64,000 nucleotides of DNA from Candidatus Thiopontia autotrophica (GCA_014384675.1 JACNFK010000024.1:17018-81017), one strand, 5' to 3'. Positions 44,182-55,574 are shown, counted from the first letter of the stretch. The notes: generated from the letters alone by a model not told the origin. Made by a program: numbers and translations.

Positions 44182-46566
44182 ATGAAATTTAGTGAATCAT
44201 GGTTGCGTGAATGGGTTAATCCAGAGGTCTCTACCGAGACTTTGCTGGAGCAGTTGACGATGGCTGGACTTGAGGTTGATTCAGTCGAACCGGCAGCCCC
44301 TGCCTTTGAAAATGTTGTGATTGGCGAGATTATGGAGGTGGAGCCACACCCTGATGCAGACCGTCTGCGTATCACCAGGGTTGAGGCAGGCGAGAGTGAG
44401 CTGCTGACAATAGTTACCAATGTAGCTGATATTGCTGTGGGCGAGAAGATTGCTGTTGCCAAGGTTGGGTGCGTTCTTCCTGATGGCATGAAGATCAAGC
44501 GAGCAAAGTTGCGTGGCGTAGAATCATTCGGCATGTTCTGCTCCATGGGGACCTTGGGTCTTTTGGAGGAGAGTGATGCTCTTGAGCGTTTCTCTGCAGA
44601 TACTGTTCCAGGCATTAATATTCGTGATCTTCTGGGGCTGGATGACCAGGTTATAGAGGTTGATCTGACCCCTAATCGTGGTGACTGTCTGAGTCTCTCC
44701 GGAGTTGCTCGCGAGGTGGGGGTTATTAACAAGAGTGGTGTAAAAGCGGTTGAGTTTGATTTGGCGGCTGTCGGTTCAGACAAGACCTTCCCCGTTGTTG
44801 TTGAAGACAGTAATGGGTGTCCCCGTTATCTGGGGCGGGTTGTTGATGGAGTTAATCCGGCAGCAGAGACACCGCTCTGGATGCAGGAGCGCCTGCGTCG
44901 CGGAGGTTTGCGTTCTCTGGGTCCTCTGGTTGATATTACCAATTATGTGATGCTGGAGATGGGGCAGCCTATGCATGCATTTGATCTCTCCAGGTTGAGT
45001 GGTGGAGTGGTTGTGCGCAGTGCCAGATCTGGCGAAACTATGACTCTGCTCGATGGCAAAGAGATTAAGCTGAATGAGGATACCCTGCTGATTGCAGATG
45101 ATAATGGACCGCTTGCGCTTGCAGGAATCATGGGTGGGGAACAGAGCGGGGTTGCTGATGAGACCACCGATATCTTCCTGGAGTGCGCCTTCTTTGCGCC
45201 GCTTGCCATTGCCGGCAAGGCGAGAAGTTATGGGCTGCATACTGACTCGTCTCACCGTTTTGAGCGGGGGGTCGATTCACAGCTGCAACAACGTGCCATG
45301 GAGCGTGCAACCCAGCTTATAGTTGATATTGCCGGAGGTGTGGCAGGGGCTGTTCAGGAGGTGGTAGACAGTGCTGCTCTTCCTCAGACTGAGACAATTA
45401 TTTTACGCAAGGATAGATTGCAACGCACCTTGGGGCTGACTTTGTCGACTGATGAGGTTACCGAGACTTTGACCGGTTTAGGGCTTGCGGTTGAGCTTCA
45501 GGAGGGTGGATGGAAAGTGGCCTCTCCTTCGTGGCGTTTTGATTTGTCTATTGAGGCAGATCTGATTGAAGAGGTGGGTAGAATTTATGGGTATGATCGG
45601 TTGCCTAGTACTCATCCAGAGCTTAGTGCAGAGATCAGAAAGAATCCTGAGTCAAAAATTGCACTACGAAATATCAGGGAGACCCTGGTTGATCATGGTT
45701 ACCATGAGGTTATTACCTATAGTTTTGTGGATCCGGAGATGCAGAAGGTGCTTGATCCGGAGGTTGAGGCATTGGCACTGGCCAACCCAATATCAAATGA
45801 TTTGTCTGTTATGCGAACTACCCTCTGGCCAGGACTGTTGCAGAGCCTTGGGTTTAATGCCAAGCGTCAACAGAGCCAGGTGCGTCTGTTTGAGACGGGG
45901 TTGAGTTTCGTCCCTTCTGAGGACGGTCTTCGGCAGAAGCGCAAGATTGCAGGGCTAATTTATGGTGAGTCATCCCCCGAGCAGTGGGGCACAAGCGGCG
46001 AGGCGGTTGACTTTTTTGACATGAAGGGAGATCTATCTCCGCTGCTCGATCCTCTTGACAGTGCAGAGCATCCATTGAGGTTCGTTGCTGCTGAGCACCC
46101 TGTTCTTCATCCTGGCAAGAGTGCCAGAGTAATGGTTGGTGATCGGGCTATTGGGTGGATGGGGGCTATTCATCCGGGGGTGGCTGTCAGGCTTTCATTA
46201 TCAAAGGGTATTTTCCTGTTTGAGTTTGATCTGGACTCCTTGCAGGAGGGGAGTATTCCTGGTTTTGAACAGCTATCCAAATTCCCGATGATCAGGAGGG
46301 ATATAGCACTACTGGTTGATCAGGATCTGTCGGCACAATCCTTGATGGATACGGTGGTGGAGTCTGTGTCCAGGGATCTGTTGAGTGAGCTGCGTCTCTT
46401 TGATCTGTATCAGGGCGATAATCTGGCGGCTGGTCAGAAGAGCCTGGCTATAGGAATTTTCCTTCAACACAGGGAGAAGACATTAACCGATGAGGATGTG
46501 GAGGAGGTTGTAGGCCTGGTTGTGGAGAGGCTGAAACTTGTCCACGGAGCAAAATTGAGGGATTAA
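44182..46566 (+). CDS. pheT: Phenylalanyl-tRNA synthetase beta subunit
   Basis: 794 aa with B3/4, B5 and FDX-ACB domains. Confidence 0.95.
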   Translation: MKFSESWLREWVNPEVSTETLLEQLTMAGLEVDSVEPAAPAFENVVIGEIMEVEPHPDADRLRITRVEAGESELLTIVTNVADIAVGEKIAVAKVGCVLPDGMKIKRAKLRGVESFGMFCSMGTLGLLEESDALERFSADTVPGINIRDLLGLDDQVIEVDLTPNRGDCLSLSGVAREVGVINKSGVKAVEFDLAAVGSDKTFPVVVEDSNGCPRYLGRVVDGVNPAAETPLWMQERLRRGGLRSLGPLVDITNYVMLEMGQPMHAFDLSRLSGGVVVRSARSGETMTLLDGKEIKLNEDTLLIADDNGPLALAGIMGGEQSGVADETTDIFLECAFFAPLAIAGKARSYGLHTDSSHRFERGVDSQLQQRAMERATQLIVDIAGGVAGAVQEVVDSAALPQTETIILRKDRLQRTLGLTLSTDEVTETLTGLGLAVELQEGGWKVASPSWRFDLSIEADLIEEVGRIYGYDRLPSTHPELSAEIRKNPESKIALRNIRETLVDHGYHEVITYSFVDPEMQKVLDPEVEALALANPISNDLSVMRTTLWPGLLQSLGFNAKRQQSQVRLFETGLSFVPSEDGLRQKRKIAGLIYGESSPEQWGTSGEAVDFFDMKGDLSPLLDPLDSAEHPLRFVAAEHPVLHPGKSARVMVGDRAIGWMGAIHPGVAVRLSLSKGIFLFEFDLDSLQEGSIPGFEQLSKFPMIRRDIALLVDQDLSAQSLMDTVVESVSRDLLSELRLFDLYQGDNLAAGQKSLAIGIFLQHREKTLTDEDVEEVVGLVVERLKLVHGAKLRD

Positions 46567-46568
46567 CT

Positions 46569-46692
46569 AAGAAACCTCTGAAAAAGCTTAATGGGATGTT
46601 GTAACATACTGAACCATAACCTCTCCCCCATAGGATAACTTGTGAGGGAGCTCTGATTTGGTCACGAGGTGACTTAATCAGAGGTTTCTTAA
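46569..46692 (+). repeat. MITE-like intergenic repeat, copy A (~124 bp), with 12 bp perfect terminal inverted repeats AAGAAACCTCTG/CAGAGGTTTCTT and an internal palindrome
   Basis: The TIRs are visible. The core ccataggataacttgtgagggagctctgatt..gtcac-gag-gtgacttaatcag is shared with copies at 47898, 57189 and 61665. Confidence 0.75.
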
Positions 46693-46710
46693 CCGAATTC
46701 TGCATAATTT

Positions 46711-47088
46711 TTGTTGCCGAAAGGTTTTAAATTTTATATTGTTACGGCAATTAGTAGAACCAGATTAACCGAGGGAACTGACACAATGACTCTAACAAAA
46801 GCATCTCTTTGCGAGGCACTTAATAATGATCTTGGGCTGAACAATCGTGAATCCAAGGAGATGATTGAGCAGTTCTACGAGGAGATACGCTCTTCTTTGG
46901 AGGATGGAGAGAATGTTAAGTTGTCTGGTTTTGGGAATTTCGATCTGCGCGACAAGTCTCCCCGTCCTGGACGCAACCCCAAAACGGGTGAGGAGATTCC
47001 CATAACTGCGCGGCGTGTGGTGACATTCAAGGCGGGGCTAAAGTTGAAAGAGAGTGTTGCTGGATACAGCAGTTCAGTTCTCTCCTGA
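46711..47088 (+). CDS. ihfA: Integration host factor alpha subunit (likely start 46786, MTLTKA)
   Basis: [37 protein letters not shown]. Confidence 0.9.
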   Translation: MLPKGFKFYIVTAISRTRLTEGTDTMTLTKASLCEALNNDLGLNNRESKEMIEQFYEEIRSSLEDGENVKLSGFGNFDLRDKSPRPGRNPKTGEEIPITARRVVTFKAGLKLKESVAGYSSSVLS

Positions 47089-47109
47089 CTAAACTCTTCT
47101 CTATAGATA

Positions 47110-47472
47110 ATGAGCCACGATCCGGAGTCAACAGAGGTAAAGGTTAGCGAGCTTCCTCCGATACCGTCAAAGCGTTACTTTACGATTGGAGAGGTTTCGA
47201 CTCTCTGTGTGGTAAAACCTCATGTGCTGCGTTATTGGGAACAGGAGTTTGCCCAGCTTAAGCCGGTTACCAGAAGGGGTAATCGTCGCTACTATCAGCA
47301 ACATGATATAAAGTTGATTCGAAAAATTCGTGGTCTTCTCTATGAGGAAGGGTTCACAATAAGCGGCGCACGCCACAGACTTGGAAAGAAAGGGCAGGGC
47401 GTAAGTGCCAAGGCAGATATCTCTGAGGTCCGTAGAGAACTTGAGACTCTTCTCAAAGCGATATCAAAATAA
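47110..47472 (+). CDS. MerR-family transcriptional regulator (conserved ihfA-downstream gene)
   Basis: N-terminal MerR HTH (YFTIGEVSTLCVVKPHVLRYWEQEF). Confidence 0.7.
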   Translation: MSHDPESTEVKVSELPPIPSKRYFTIGEVSTLCVVKPHVLRYWEQEFAQLKPVTRRGNRRYYQQHDIKLIRKIRGLLYEEGFTISGARHRLGKKGQGVSAKADISEVRRELETLLKAISK

Positions 47473-47474
47473 CC

Positions 47475-47885
47475 TTACTGTTCAGTAAGTTCTATACTAT
47501 TTTTAATTAAGTTTATAGTTTTTTCCAGCTTCTTTATAGAGTATGGGATGGCAGGGCTGTGTCCCCATACAGGCCCCGGCCATGCAGGATCACCACTCTC
47601 TCTTGCAATATGGTGAAGATGTAGCTGGGGAACAATGTTGCCCAGTGCCCCCAGATTCAGTTTGTCTGGATGGAACAGATCAACTATCAACTGCTGTATC
47701 AGACAGGATTCATTCATTAACAGAACGCTTTGCTCTTCTGTCAGCTGGTAGATCTCCTCTGCATCATCCACATCGGGTACCAGAATAATCCATGGATAGC
47801 GGGAATCATTCATCAGCAGGCAGTGGCTGAGTTCGAGTTTTCCCAGGTATTTTGTATCTTCTATTAGTTTGGGGTGAATGTTCAT
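47475..47885 (-). CDS. HIT-family (histidine triad) hydrolase
   Basis: HLHLHHIARE histidine-triad motif, 136 aa. Confidence 0.75.
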   Translation of the reverse strand: MNIHPKLIEDTKYLGKLELSHCLLMNDSRYPWIILVPDVDDAEEIYQLTEEQSVLLMNESCLIQQLIVDLFHPDKLNLGALGNIVPQLHLHHIARESGDPAWPGPVWGHSPAIPYSIKKLEKTINLIKNSIELTEQ

Positions 47886-47897
47886 GAGGGGTATACT

Positions 47898-48052
47898 AGG
47901 GAAACTCTGAAAAAGCGTAATGGGATGGGGGTTTGGGGGAAGGGCTCAACAGTTGTTATTGTAACATGCTGAACTATAATCCTTCCTCCATAGGATAACT
48001 TGAGAGGGAGCTCTGATTGAGTCACGAAGTGACTTAATCGGAGCTTCCCTAA
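47898..48052 (+). repeat. MITE-like repeat copy B (~155 bp), the same family as 46569 with a ~30 bp internal insertion (ggggtttgggggaagggctcaacagttgttatt) and imperfect TIRs
   Basis: Aligns with copy A across both arms. Palindrome ctgattgagtcac-gaa-gtgacttaatcg. Confidence 0.7.
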
Positions 48053-48093
48053 CGAAAAACCGGGATAACAGTTACATAAGCTAGGGGGAGAGA

Positions 48094-49395
48094 TTGGAAC
48101 AGCTACAACTATTGGCATTTGATGAGCTTCTTGTTCGTCTGCAACCCACACTGTTAATTAGTGAACTGGTGATATTGATGCTGGCGGTAGCGACAGCATT
48201 CTGGACCCAGAAGAATATTACCAATTACCTGCAACTGGTTGCCGATGGTAACTACCAATCTTTAAGACGTTTCACCCGCCACTCCCTGAAGAGGATCATC
48301 TTTCCACTCAGTATGATGTTTGTGGTACTGGTTGGCAGAGTGATTGTGGAGCGTATCTTCACATCTGCAATACTCCTAAATGTGGCGGTTCCACTGCTGT
48401 TTTCTCTGGCTCTTATCAGACTTATGGTCTACCTGTTGAGAAGGGCATTCAAGCCCGGGCCACTGGTCAAGGCATGGGAACACCTGATTAGTACATCTAT
48501 CTGGATAATTGTTGCGCTACATCTATTGGGGTGGCTACCAGAAGTGGTGCGTGCGATGGATGTAGTCGGTGTCAGTGTTGGGGATGTCCGTATTTCTCTC
48601 AGAACTGTGGTCAAGCTGTTTGTGGTGGTTGGAGCCCTGCTGGCATTGGCAGCATGGATCTCACGGATGATAGAGAACACTCTGCGCCACTCAAGACATC
48701 TGACTGCAGCAGCCAAGGTAGGGATTGGCAAGAGCAGCAAGTTTGCGCTTTATATACTTGCAGTATTGATTGCGCTCAACTCGGTTGGTATTGATCTGAC
48801 AGCGCTTGCAGTCTTTGGTGGTGCGCTCGGTGTTGGGCTTGGATTTGGTCTGCAGCGTATTGCCAGCAATTTTATCTCTGGTTTTATCCTTATTTTTGAT
48901 CGCTCAATTCGACCTGGTGATGTAATCAGTATCAATGATAAATTTGGATGGGTTCAGGAGTTGCGAGCCCGTTATGTGGTGGTGCGTGATCGTGACGGGG
49001 TGGAAACACTGGTGCCAAATGAGAACCTGATTACTACAGAGGTGATTAACTGGAGTTACAGCGATCACCAGGTTCGTCTTAAACTACCTGTACAGATTAG
49101 TTACAAGGATGACCCAGAGCAAGCAATGAAGATTCTTGTTAATGCGGCAAAGGCGTGTAAGAGGGCGCTTGATGACCCTGCTCCTGTGGCACGTCTTATG
49201 GAGTTTGGAGATAACGGTATTGAGCTGGAGTTGCGGGTCTGGATTATGGATCCCAATAATGGGGTTGGTAGTGTACGCTCCGATATTAACCTGGTTATCT
49301 GGAGAGAGTTTAAGAAGGCCGGCATTACCATCCCTTATCCACAGAGAGATATTCGTCTTGTTGATGGAGCTTCCCTAGAAGCTGTAGATGGGTAA
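48094..49395 (+). CDS. MscS-family mechanosensitive channel
   Basis: N-terminal TM helices plus a conserved MscS beta-domain (PGDVISIND..G.V.EL..RYVVVRDRDG). Confidence 0.75.
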   Translation: MEQLQLLAFDELLVRLQPTLLISELVILMLAVATAFWTQKNITNYLQLVADGNYQSLRRFTRHSLKRIIFPLSMMFVVLVGRVIVERIFTSAILLNVAVPLLFSLALIRLMVYLLRRAFKPGPLVKAWEHLISTSIWIIVALHLLGWLPEVVRAMDVVGVSVGDVRISLRTVVKLFVVVGALLALAAWISRMIENTLRHSRHLTAAAKVGIGKSSKFALYILAVLIALNSVGIDLTALAVFGGALGVGLGFGLQRIASNFISGFILIFDRSIRPGDVISINDKFGWVQELRARYVVVRDRDGVETLVPNENLITTEVINWSYSDHQVRLKLPVQISYKDDPEQAMKILVNAAKACKRALDDPAPVARLMEFGDNGIELELRVWIMDPNNGVGSVRSDINLVIWREFKKAGITIPYPQRDIRLVDGASLEAVDG

Positions 49396-51205
49396 GTTAA
49401 CCCCATACCTGTGGGTGCTGTTTCTGAATGCGTTTGTTGATCTTGGCCACAAGATCACAATTCAGAACAGTGTCTTCAAGGTTTATGATGGGGAGATGCA
49501 GATTGTCCTTACTGCACTGGTTAATGCACTTATTCTGATTCCGTTCATCCTGCTGGTAACTCCTGCCGGCATTATCTCTGACCGACTTCCCAAGGTGGAG
49601 GTTATGAGAAGATCTGCTGGAGTGGCCGTGATTATCGCGTTGCTCATCACCCTTAGCTACTATCAGGGATGGTTTGAGGCAGCATTTTTCATGACCCTGT
49701 TGCTTGCTATCCAGAGTGCATTTTTCTCACCAGCAAAATATGGGTACATCAGGGAGCATGTTGGCATGAGAGGATTAACCAGTGCCAATGGTGTGGTACA
49801 GGCAGTTACCATCATTGCGATTCTCCTCGGAATGTTCTTCTTCTCTTTTCTGTTCGAGTTGATGTTGACCAACTCTTCACCGGATGGCGGTTCTGCCTAC
49901 CTACAGACCATTGCACCACTTGGTTGGTTATTGGTTGCGCTCTCTCTGGTCGAGTGGCGCATTGCACGTTATCTGCCTGAGGGGGAGTATAAGGTGGTGC
50001 CAGAGATTCACGGCGGCCATACTTTAGGGTTGATTCGAGAGCACTCTGTTATCTGGTACTCCATTCTGGGGCTCTCTCTATTTTGGGGAATATCACAGGT
50101 TTCTATTGCAGCTTTTCCTGCTTTTGCAAAAGAGACACTTCAGGTGACAAATACCCTGGTGATTCAGGGAGTGTTGGCCTCTGCAGGTGGAGGTATTCTG
50201 CTGGGCTCTTTGATGGTTACATGGTTATCCAGAGGGTATATAGAGACAGGACTGATTCCTGTTGGTGCTGTAGGAGTTGCTATTGCCTTGAGTGCAGTTC
50301 CTGGTGCCGAGTCGCTTCACTCATTAACTCTTCTATTTTTTCTTATGGGAGTCTCTGGAGGGTTGTTGATTGTGCCTCTTAATGCACTGATTCAGTTTTA
50401 CGCCAAGAGCTCCCGTCTGGGGAGGATTCTGGCGGGAAACAACTGGGTGCAAAATATAGTCATGCTACTGTTTCTTGGGGTGACAATGGGTGTGGCACTG
50501 CTAAGTTTTGAGACTACAGTTAATCCTGCAACCCTTTTCTGGGGTATTGCCATGGTTGCATGGGCAGCAATTGGGGTGGCTTTTATCAGAAGACCCCGTG
50601 AGACGATCACCTCTCTGATTCGTATGTTGGTAAGGGTGCTGTTCAGATGCAGGTACAGAATTGATGCTGTAGGGGTAACCAACATTCCCTCTCAGAAAGG
50701 AGCTCTACTGCTGGGGAATCACATCAGCTGGCTGGATTGGGCTATGTTACAGGCTGTTTCGCCACGTCCGATCCGTTTTGTAATGGAGTATTCCATTTAT
50801 CAGAAGCCATCACTAAAGTGGTTTCTTGATCTTTTTGAGGTGATACCGATATCGGCAGAGAGGAGCAGGCAACCACTGGAAGAGGCTAAACGGTGCCTGC
50901 AGTCTGGTGATCTGGTCTGTCTATTCCCGGAAGGGGCAATTAGCCATGATGGTTGTCTCGGGAAGTTTAGGCGTGGTTTTGAGATGATTGTCGATGATAG
51001 TGGCGCAGTTATTGTTCCATTCTATATAGAGGGGTTGTGGGGGAGCAGATTTTCCCGTGCGGATATGGATGAGCGCTCTCTTTATGCAACTGGATGGCGG
51101 CGTAGAGAAGTTCAGGTGCTCTTTGGAGAGCCGGTTTCCAGTACCGTAAAAGCGGATGAATTAAGGCTGTTGGTGGCTGCTCTCTCATCCCGGGATTGCG
51201 ACTAA
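49388..51205 (+). CDS. Fusion of an MFS transporter (LplT-like) with a C-terminal PlsC-type lysophospholipid acyltransferase domain
   Basis: Twelve TM helices, then the HxxxxD acyltransferase motif (NHISWLD) and FPEG. Confidence 0.65.
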   Translation: MGKLTPYLWVLFLNAFVDLGHKITIQNSVFKVYDGEMQIVLTALVNALILIPFILLVTPAGIISDRLPKVEVMRRSAGVAVIIALLITLSYYQGWFEAAFFMTLLLAIQSAFFSPAKYGYIREHVGMRGLTSANGVVQAVTIIAILLGMFFFSFLFELMLTNSSPDGGSAYLQTIAPLGWLLVALSLVEWRIARYLPEGEYKVVPEIHGGHTLGLIREHSVIWYSILGLSLFWGISQVSIAAFPAFAKETLQVTNTLVIQGVLASAGGGILLGSLMVTWLSRGYIETGLIPVGAVGVAIALSAVPGAESLHSLTLLFFLMGVSGGLLIVPLNALIQFYAKSSRLGRILAGNNWVQNIVMLLFLGVTMGVALLSFETTVNPATLFWGIAMVAWAAIGVAFIRRPRETITSLIRMLVRVLFRCRYRIDAVGVTNIPSQKGALLLGNHISWLDWAMLQAVSPRPIRFVMEYSIYQKPSLKWFLDLFEVIPISAERSRQPLEEAKRCLQSGDLVCLFPEGAISHDGCLGKFRRGFEMIVDDSGAVIVPFYIEGLWGSRFSRADMDERSLYATGWRRREVQVLFGEPVSSTVKADELRLLVAALSSRDCD

Positions 51206-51281
51206 AAAGATTGTTGCAGACAGCCCTATTGGTGCTATCCTATGGCCTCTTTTAACGGCTAACCATGATAAGGGAGAAGGT

Positions 51282-51557
51282 ATGAATAAAGGGGAATTGG
51301 TTACACTGCTATCAGCTAAAACCGGAGTTTCCAAAAGTGGTTCCAAGGATGTTCTGGATGCATTGGTAGAGATTATTGGTGACAGTCTACAAAGTGGAAA
51401 CAATGTACAGATTGCAGGGTTTGGTACGTTTAAGGTAACTGACCGAGCTGCCAGAATGGGCAGAAATCCAAAGACTGGAGAGGCGCTACAGATAAAGGCA
51501 TCTCGCTCTCCATCCTTTAAGGCAGGAAAGGGTCTTAAGGAGAAGGTAAACGGATAG
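51282..51557 (+). CDS. hupB: Nucleoid protein HU (beta-like)
   Basis: MNKGELV...[34 protein letters not shown]. Confidence 0.85.
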   Translation: MNKGELVTLLSAKTGVSKSGSKDVLDALVEIIGDSLQSGNNVQIAGFGTFKVTDRAARMGRNPKTGEALQIKASRSPSFKAGKGLKEKVNG

Positions 51558-51589
51558 CAACCCAGTAGAAACTGATAGTTGTACACACT

Positions 51590-51621
51590 AAAAGCGGCAC
51601 CATTATGGTGCCGCTTTTTTT
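51590..51621. terminator. Bidirectional rho-independent terminator (hupB / proS)
   Basis: AAAA-gcggcacc-atta-tggtgccgc-TTTTTTT. Confidence 0.7.
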
Positions 51622-53354
51622 ATGATCCAGGAGACTACATCATCCAGAGGGATCTCCTGGCTATCCTGATCACTACGTCCCTTGTACTCAATAACCCCCT
51701 TATCCAGACTACGATCACCCAGTACCAGACGGTGAGGGATACCGATAAGTTCCATATCGGCAAACATTATTCCAGCCCGCTCCTTGCGATCATCAAGCAA
51801 TACATCGATTCCTGCGTCGAGTAGATCCTGATATATCTTTTCAACAGCCTCGCGCAGACGATGTGATTTGTGCATGTTCATCGGCAACAGGGCAACAGAG
51901 AATGGAGCTATTGCCTCTGGCCAGATAATTCCACGATCATCGTGGTTCTGCTCAATTGCTGCAGCAACCACACGGGTTACCCCGATACCATAACATCCCA
52001 TGGTCATGGTACGAGCCTTGCCACCTTCGTCCAGCACATTGGCTTTCATCGCCTCACTGTATTTGGTTCCAAGCTGGAAGATGTGCCCAACCTCGATCCC
52101 GCGCGCAATACGAATGGTCCCAGAGCCATCAGGGCTAGGGTCTCCATCAGTTACATTTCTAAGATCTGCGATGTTGGATGGATCCGGAAGATCACGTCCC
52201 CAGTTGACTCCGGTGAGGTGGTAGCCATCCTCATTTGCACCACAGACAAAATCAGCAACCTGGGCGGCCGATCTATCTACAATCAGCTTGAGCTCCAGAC
52301 CAACAGGTCCCAGAGATCCGGCGTCAGCCCCTGCAGCCGAGCGGATATCTTCATGCTCAATAAGTTGTAGTGGTGACTCCACGCCATCAAGTTTTTCTGC
52401 TTTTAACTCATTTAGCTCATGATCTCCTCGCAGTAGCAGTGCAACGACAGACTCATTTGTGCCACGAACCAAAAGAGTTTTAACTGTCTGTTGGGGATCA
52501 ACTTCAAGAGTATTGCAAACCTCCTCGATGGTCTTGCTGTTTGGAGTTGCCACTTTTTCCATTATGGCGGTTGCTTCACTGCGTTCGGTAGTCGGGGCAA
52601 CTGCCTCTGCCAGTTCAACATTGGCAGCAAACTCACTCTGATCCGAGAAGGCGATGGCATCCTCACCTGAGTCAGCCAGTACATGGAACTCATGTGAGGT
52701 GCTGCCGCCAATTGATCCGGTGTCGGCATCAACAGGACGGAAGTGAAGACCCATGCGCTCAAATATTCTTGAGTAGGTGGCATACATTACCTGGTAGGTC
52801 TCCTGCAGTGAGTCCTGATCCATATGAAAGGAGTAGGCATCTTTCATGATGAATTCACGTGAACGCATTATCCCGAAGCGAGGGCGGATCTCATCACGGA
52901 ACTTGGTCTGAATCTGGTAGAGATTAAGTGGCAGCTGCTTGTAGCTGCGGATCTCCCTGCGGGCAATCTCGGTAATTACCTCCTCATGGGTTGGTCCAAG
53001 CAGAAAATCTCTCTGGTGACGATCCTGAATCCGTAACAGTTCAGGGCCATACTGTTCCCAGCGTCCAGACTCCTCCCACAGTTCTGCTGGTTGTACTACT
53101 GGCATCAAGAGCTCTTGTGCACCGGACCTGTTCATCTCTTCACGAATAATGTTTTCGACCTTTCTGAGAGTTCTGAGTCCTGTTGGTAGCCAGGAGTATA
53201 ATCCAGAGGCTAGCTTGCGAACCATGCCGGAACGAATCATTAGCTGGTGGCTGATAATCTCTGCTTCAGCTGGGGTCTCCTTGATGGTGGAGAGGAGAAA
53301 TTGAGATGTGCGCATGGGTAAATTCCTTAAAAAGTTCCACCATTCCAGCCCCAC
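51603..53354 (-). CDS. proS: Prolyl-tRNA synthetase (bacterial type with INS editing domain)
   Basis: 583 aa with class II motifs and an editing-domain insertion. Confidence 0.95.
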   Translation of the reverse strand: MGLEWWNFLRNLPMRTSQFLLSTIKETPAEAEIISHQLMIRSGMVRKLASGLYSWLPTGLRTLRKVENIIREEMNRSGAQELLMPVVQPAELWEESGRWEQYGPELLRIQDRHQRDFLLGPTHEEVITEIARREIRSYKQLPLNLYQIQTKFRDEIRPRFGIMRSREFIMKDAYSFHMDQDSLQETYQVMYATYSRIFERMGLHFRPVDADTGSIGGSTSHEFHVLADSGEDAIAFSDQSEFAANVELAEAVAPTTERSEATAIMEKVATPNSKTIEEVCNTLEVDPQQTVKTLLVRGTNESVVALLLRGDHELNELKAEKLDGVESPLQLIEHEDIRSAAGADAGSLGPVGLELKLIVDRSAAQVADFVCGANEDGYHLTGVNWGRDLPDPSNIADLRNVTDGDPSPDGSGTIRIARGIEVGHIFQLGTKYSEAMKANVLDEGGKARTMTMGCYGIGVTRVVAAAIEQNHDDRGIIWPEAIAPFSVALLPMNMHKSHRLREAVEKIYQDLLDAGIDVLLDDRKERAGIMFADMELIGIPHRLVLGDRSLDKGVIEYKGRSDQDSQEIPLDDVVSWIIKKAAP

Positions 53355-53671
53355 ATATGTCTTGCGGGCGCAGAAAATTCAATATATATACGGTTACTGT
53401 GAATACCTGTTCTGGCACCAAGCAGTTTTGTTATAGCATCTGAAAAAAACTGGGTAGATGATTCTGGCAACCCAAGGCTCTTGAATTCAAGATAGGCGCA
53501 TGGGTCTGTAGTTCCACCAAACATCAGATTGGCATCGGTACGGATAGATATCATTACATATCCCTCTGGTTTTTGGAGCAGGTCGGCAAGCAGTTTTGAG
53601 CTGTCCGCCATCAGTCGCTCTTTTTCATCATGGTCGAGCGACACATTGGTCTCGATATTAAGGTATGGCAT
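53327..53671 (-). CDS. MIF/tautomerase-superfamily protein (N-terminal Pro after Met)
   Basis: Begins MPYLNIETN, 114 aa, typical of MIF-like tautomerases. Confidence 0.5.
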   Translation of the reverse strand: MPYLNIETNVSLDHDEKERLMADSSKLLADLLQKPEGYVMISIRTDANLMFGGTTDPCAYLEFKSLGLPESSTQFFSDAITKLLGARTGIHSNRIYIEFSAPARHMWGWNGGTF

Positions 53672-53857
53672 TTAAATAACCTGATGTTATGTATGGCAAA
53701 TATATTTTTAAATTGATAAAAAAACGTCTTTTTGATCTTGTTTCAGTTTATTGAAACAGGCAATATAAGCAGTTCGTGAATTTGAATTATAACTTATGAG
53801 CGAGACTGCAGATCAAAGCAGTGTAGATCATACGTAAAGCAGATAGATTATTGTAGA

Positions 53858-55561
53858 TTGAGAGGCAAAAAAGTGGAGTTATCGGGCGCAGAGGTCATTA
53901 CACATTTTCTCAGGGATGAGGGCGTAGAGTATATCTTTGGCTACCCTGGTGGTGCTGTACTTCATATCTACGATGCAATCTATCGACAGGATGATGTAAA
54001 GCATGTTTTGACCCGTCATGAGCAGGGTGCGGTACATGCAGCAGATGGTTATGCTCGATCCAGCGGCAAGCCTGGAGTGGTGCTGGTTACCTCCGGCCCA
54101 GGCGCAACCAATGCAGTTACTGGTATTGCCACAGCATATATGGACTCCATTCCGCTGGTAGTTATTACCGGACAGGTTCCAACCCCACTGATTGGAAATG
54201 ATGCCTTTCAGGAGGTGGATACAGTTGGCATTACTCGCTCCTGTGTTAAACATAATTTCCTGGTTACCAATGTTGATGATCTGGCCATTACACTGAAGAA
54301 GGCGTTTACCATTGCAACTACCGGGCGCCCCGGTCCTGTAGTTATTGATGTACCCAAGGATGTATCTGGTTTCAAGACAGAGTACAGCTATCCTGAAAGT
54401 GTAGAGATTCGCTCATACCAGACATCCATTGATCTACCAGATGAAAAGATCAAACAGGCTGTAGAGATGATGGTTGAGGCTGAGAAGCCTGTGCTCTATA
54501 CCGGTGGAGGAGTGATTCTTGGTAATGCATCAGATGAGCTTAAAGAGGTTGCGCAGCGTCTGCGGGCTCCAGTGACTAATACCACAATGGGGCTTGGTGG
54601 TTACCCGGCAACCGACCCACAATTTATCGGTATGTTGGGGATGCATGGAAACTATGAAGCCAATATGGCTATGCACAATACCGATCTTTTGATTGCTGTT
54701 GGTGCCCGTTTTGATGATCGCGTAACCGGCAATATAGAGAAGTTCTGCCCTCAGGCAAAAATTATCCATATCGATGTTGACCCGTCATCTATCTCCAAAA
54801 ATGTACAGGTTGATATGCCTATTGTAGGAGATGTAAAGAAGGTGCTCAGTGAGATAGTGACAATTCTGCAGCAGCAGCCTGAGAAGAAACTGGCTTCATG
54901 GTGGGGTGAGATCAATGAGTGGCGCAAGGAGGATTGTCTTGCCTTTGACAACTCTGGTGGAGTAATCCATCCACAGTTTGTGTTGCAAACCCTCTATGAG
55001 GTGACTCATGGGGATGCCTACGTGGTATCGGATGTTGGTCAGCACCAGATGTTTGCTGCACAGTACTACAAGTTTGACAAACCGCGTCACTGGATCAACT
55101 CTGGTGGCCTTGGAACAATGGGTTTCGGTCTTCCGGCAGCCATGGGAGCCCAGTTTGCCCACCCTGATGCTACTGTATGCACGGTAACTGGTGATGGCAG
55201 TATCCAGATGAATATTCAGGAGCTGGCAACCTGTCAGGAATTCTCGTTGCCACTAAAGATTATCAATCTCAATAACGGTTATCTGGGTATGGTGCGTCAG
55301 TGGCAGGAGTTTTTCTATGAGAGGCGCTACTCCGAGGTCACGCTGGAACGTAACCATCAGCCTGACTTTGTAAAGCTGGCAGAGAGTTATGGTCATGTTG
55401 GAATGCAGATCAGGAATCCTGATGATGTGCGTGGTGCACTCGAAGAGGCTTTGGCAATGAGGGACCGTCTGGTCTTTATGGATTTCATAACCAACCCTGA
55501 AGAGAATGTATATCCGATGGTGCCGGCTGGGGCAGGTCTTAACGAGATGATCCTGATATAG
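53858..55561 (+). CDS. ilvB: Acetolactate synthase large subunit (true start possibly GTG 53873 after a GAGAGG SD)
   Basis: ThDP-binding motif GDG(X)nNN plus an FAD domain. Followed by the small subunit. Confidence 0.9.
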   Translation: MRGKKVELSGAEVITHFLRDEGVEYIFGYPGGAVLHIYDAIYRQDDVKHVLTRHEQGAVHAADGYARSSGKPGVVLVTSGPGATNAVTGIATAYMDSIPLVVITGQVPTPLIGNDAFQEVDTVGITRSCVKHNFLVTNVDDLAITLKKAFTIATTGRPGPVVIDVPKDVSGFKTEYSYPESVEIRSYQTSIDLPDEKIKQAVEMMVEAEKPVLYTGGGVILGNASDELKEVAQRLRAPVTNTTMGLGGYPATDPQFIGMLGMHGNYEANMAMHNTDLLIAVGARFDDRVTGNIEKFCPQAKIIHIDVDPSSISKNVQVDMPIVGDVKKVLSEIVTILQQQPEKKLASWWGEINEWRKEDCLAFDNSGGVIHPQFVLQTLYEVTHGDAYVVSDVGQHQMFAAQYYKFDKPRHWINSGGLGTMGFGLPAAMGAQFAHPDATVCTVTGDGSIQMNIQELATCQEFSLPLKIINLNNGYLGMVRQWQEFFYERRYSEVTLERNHQPDFVKLAESYGHVGMQIRNPDDVRGALEEALAMRDRLVFMDFITNPEENVYPMVPAGAGLNEMILI

Positions 55562-55574
55562 AGAACGTATTACG

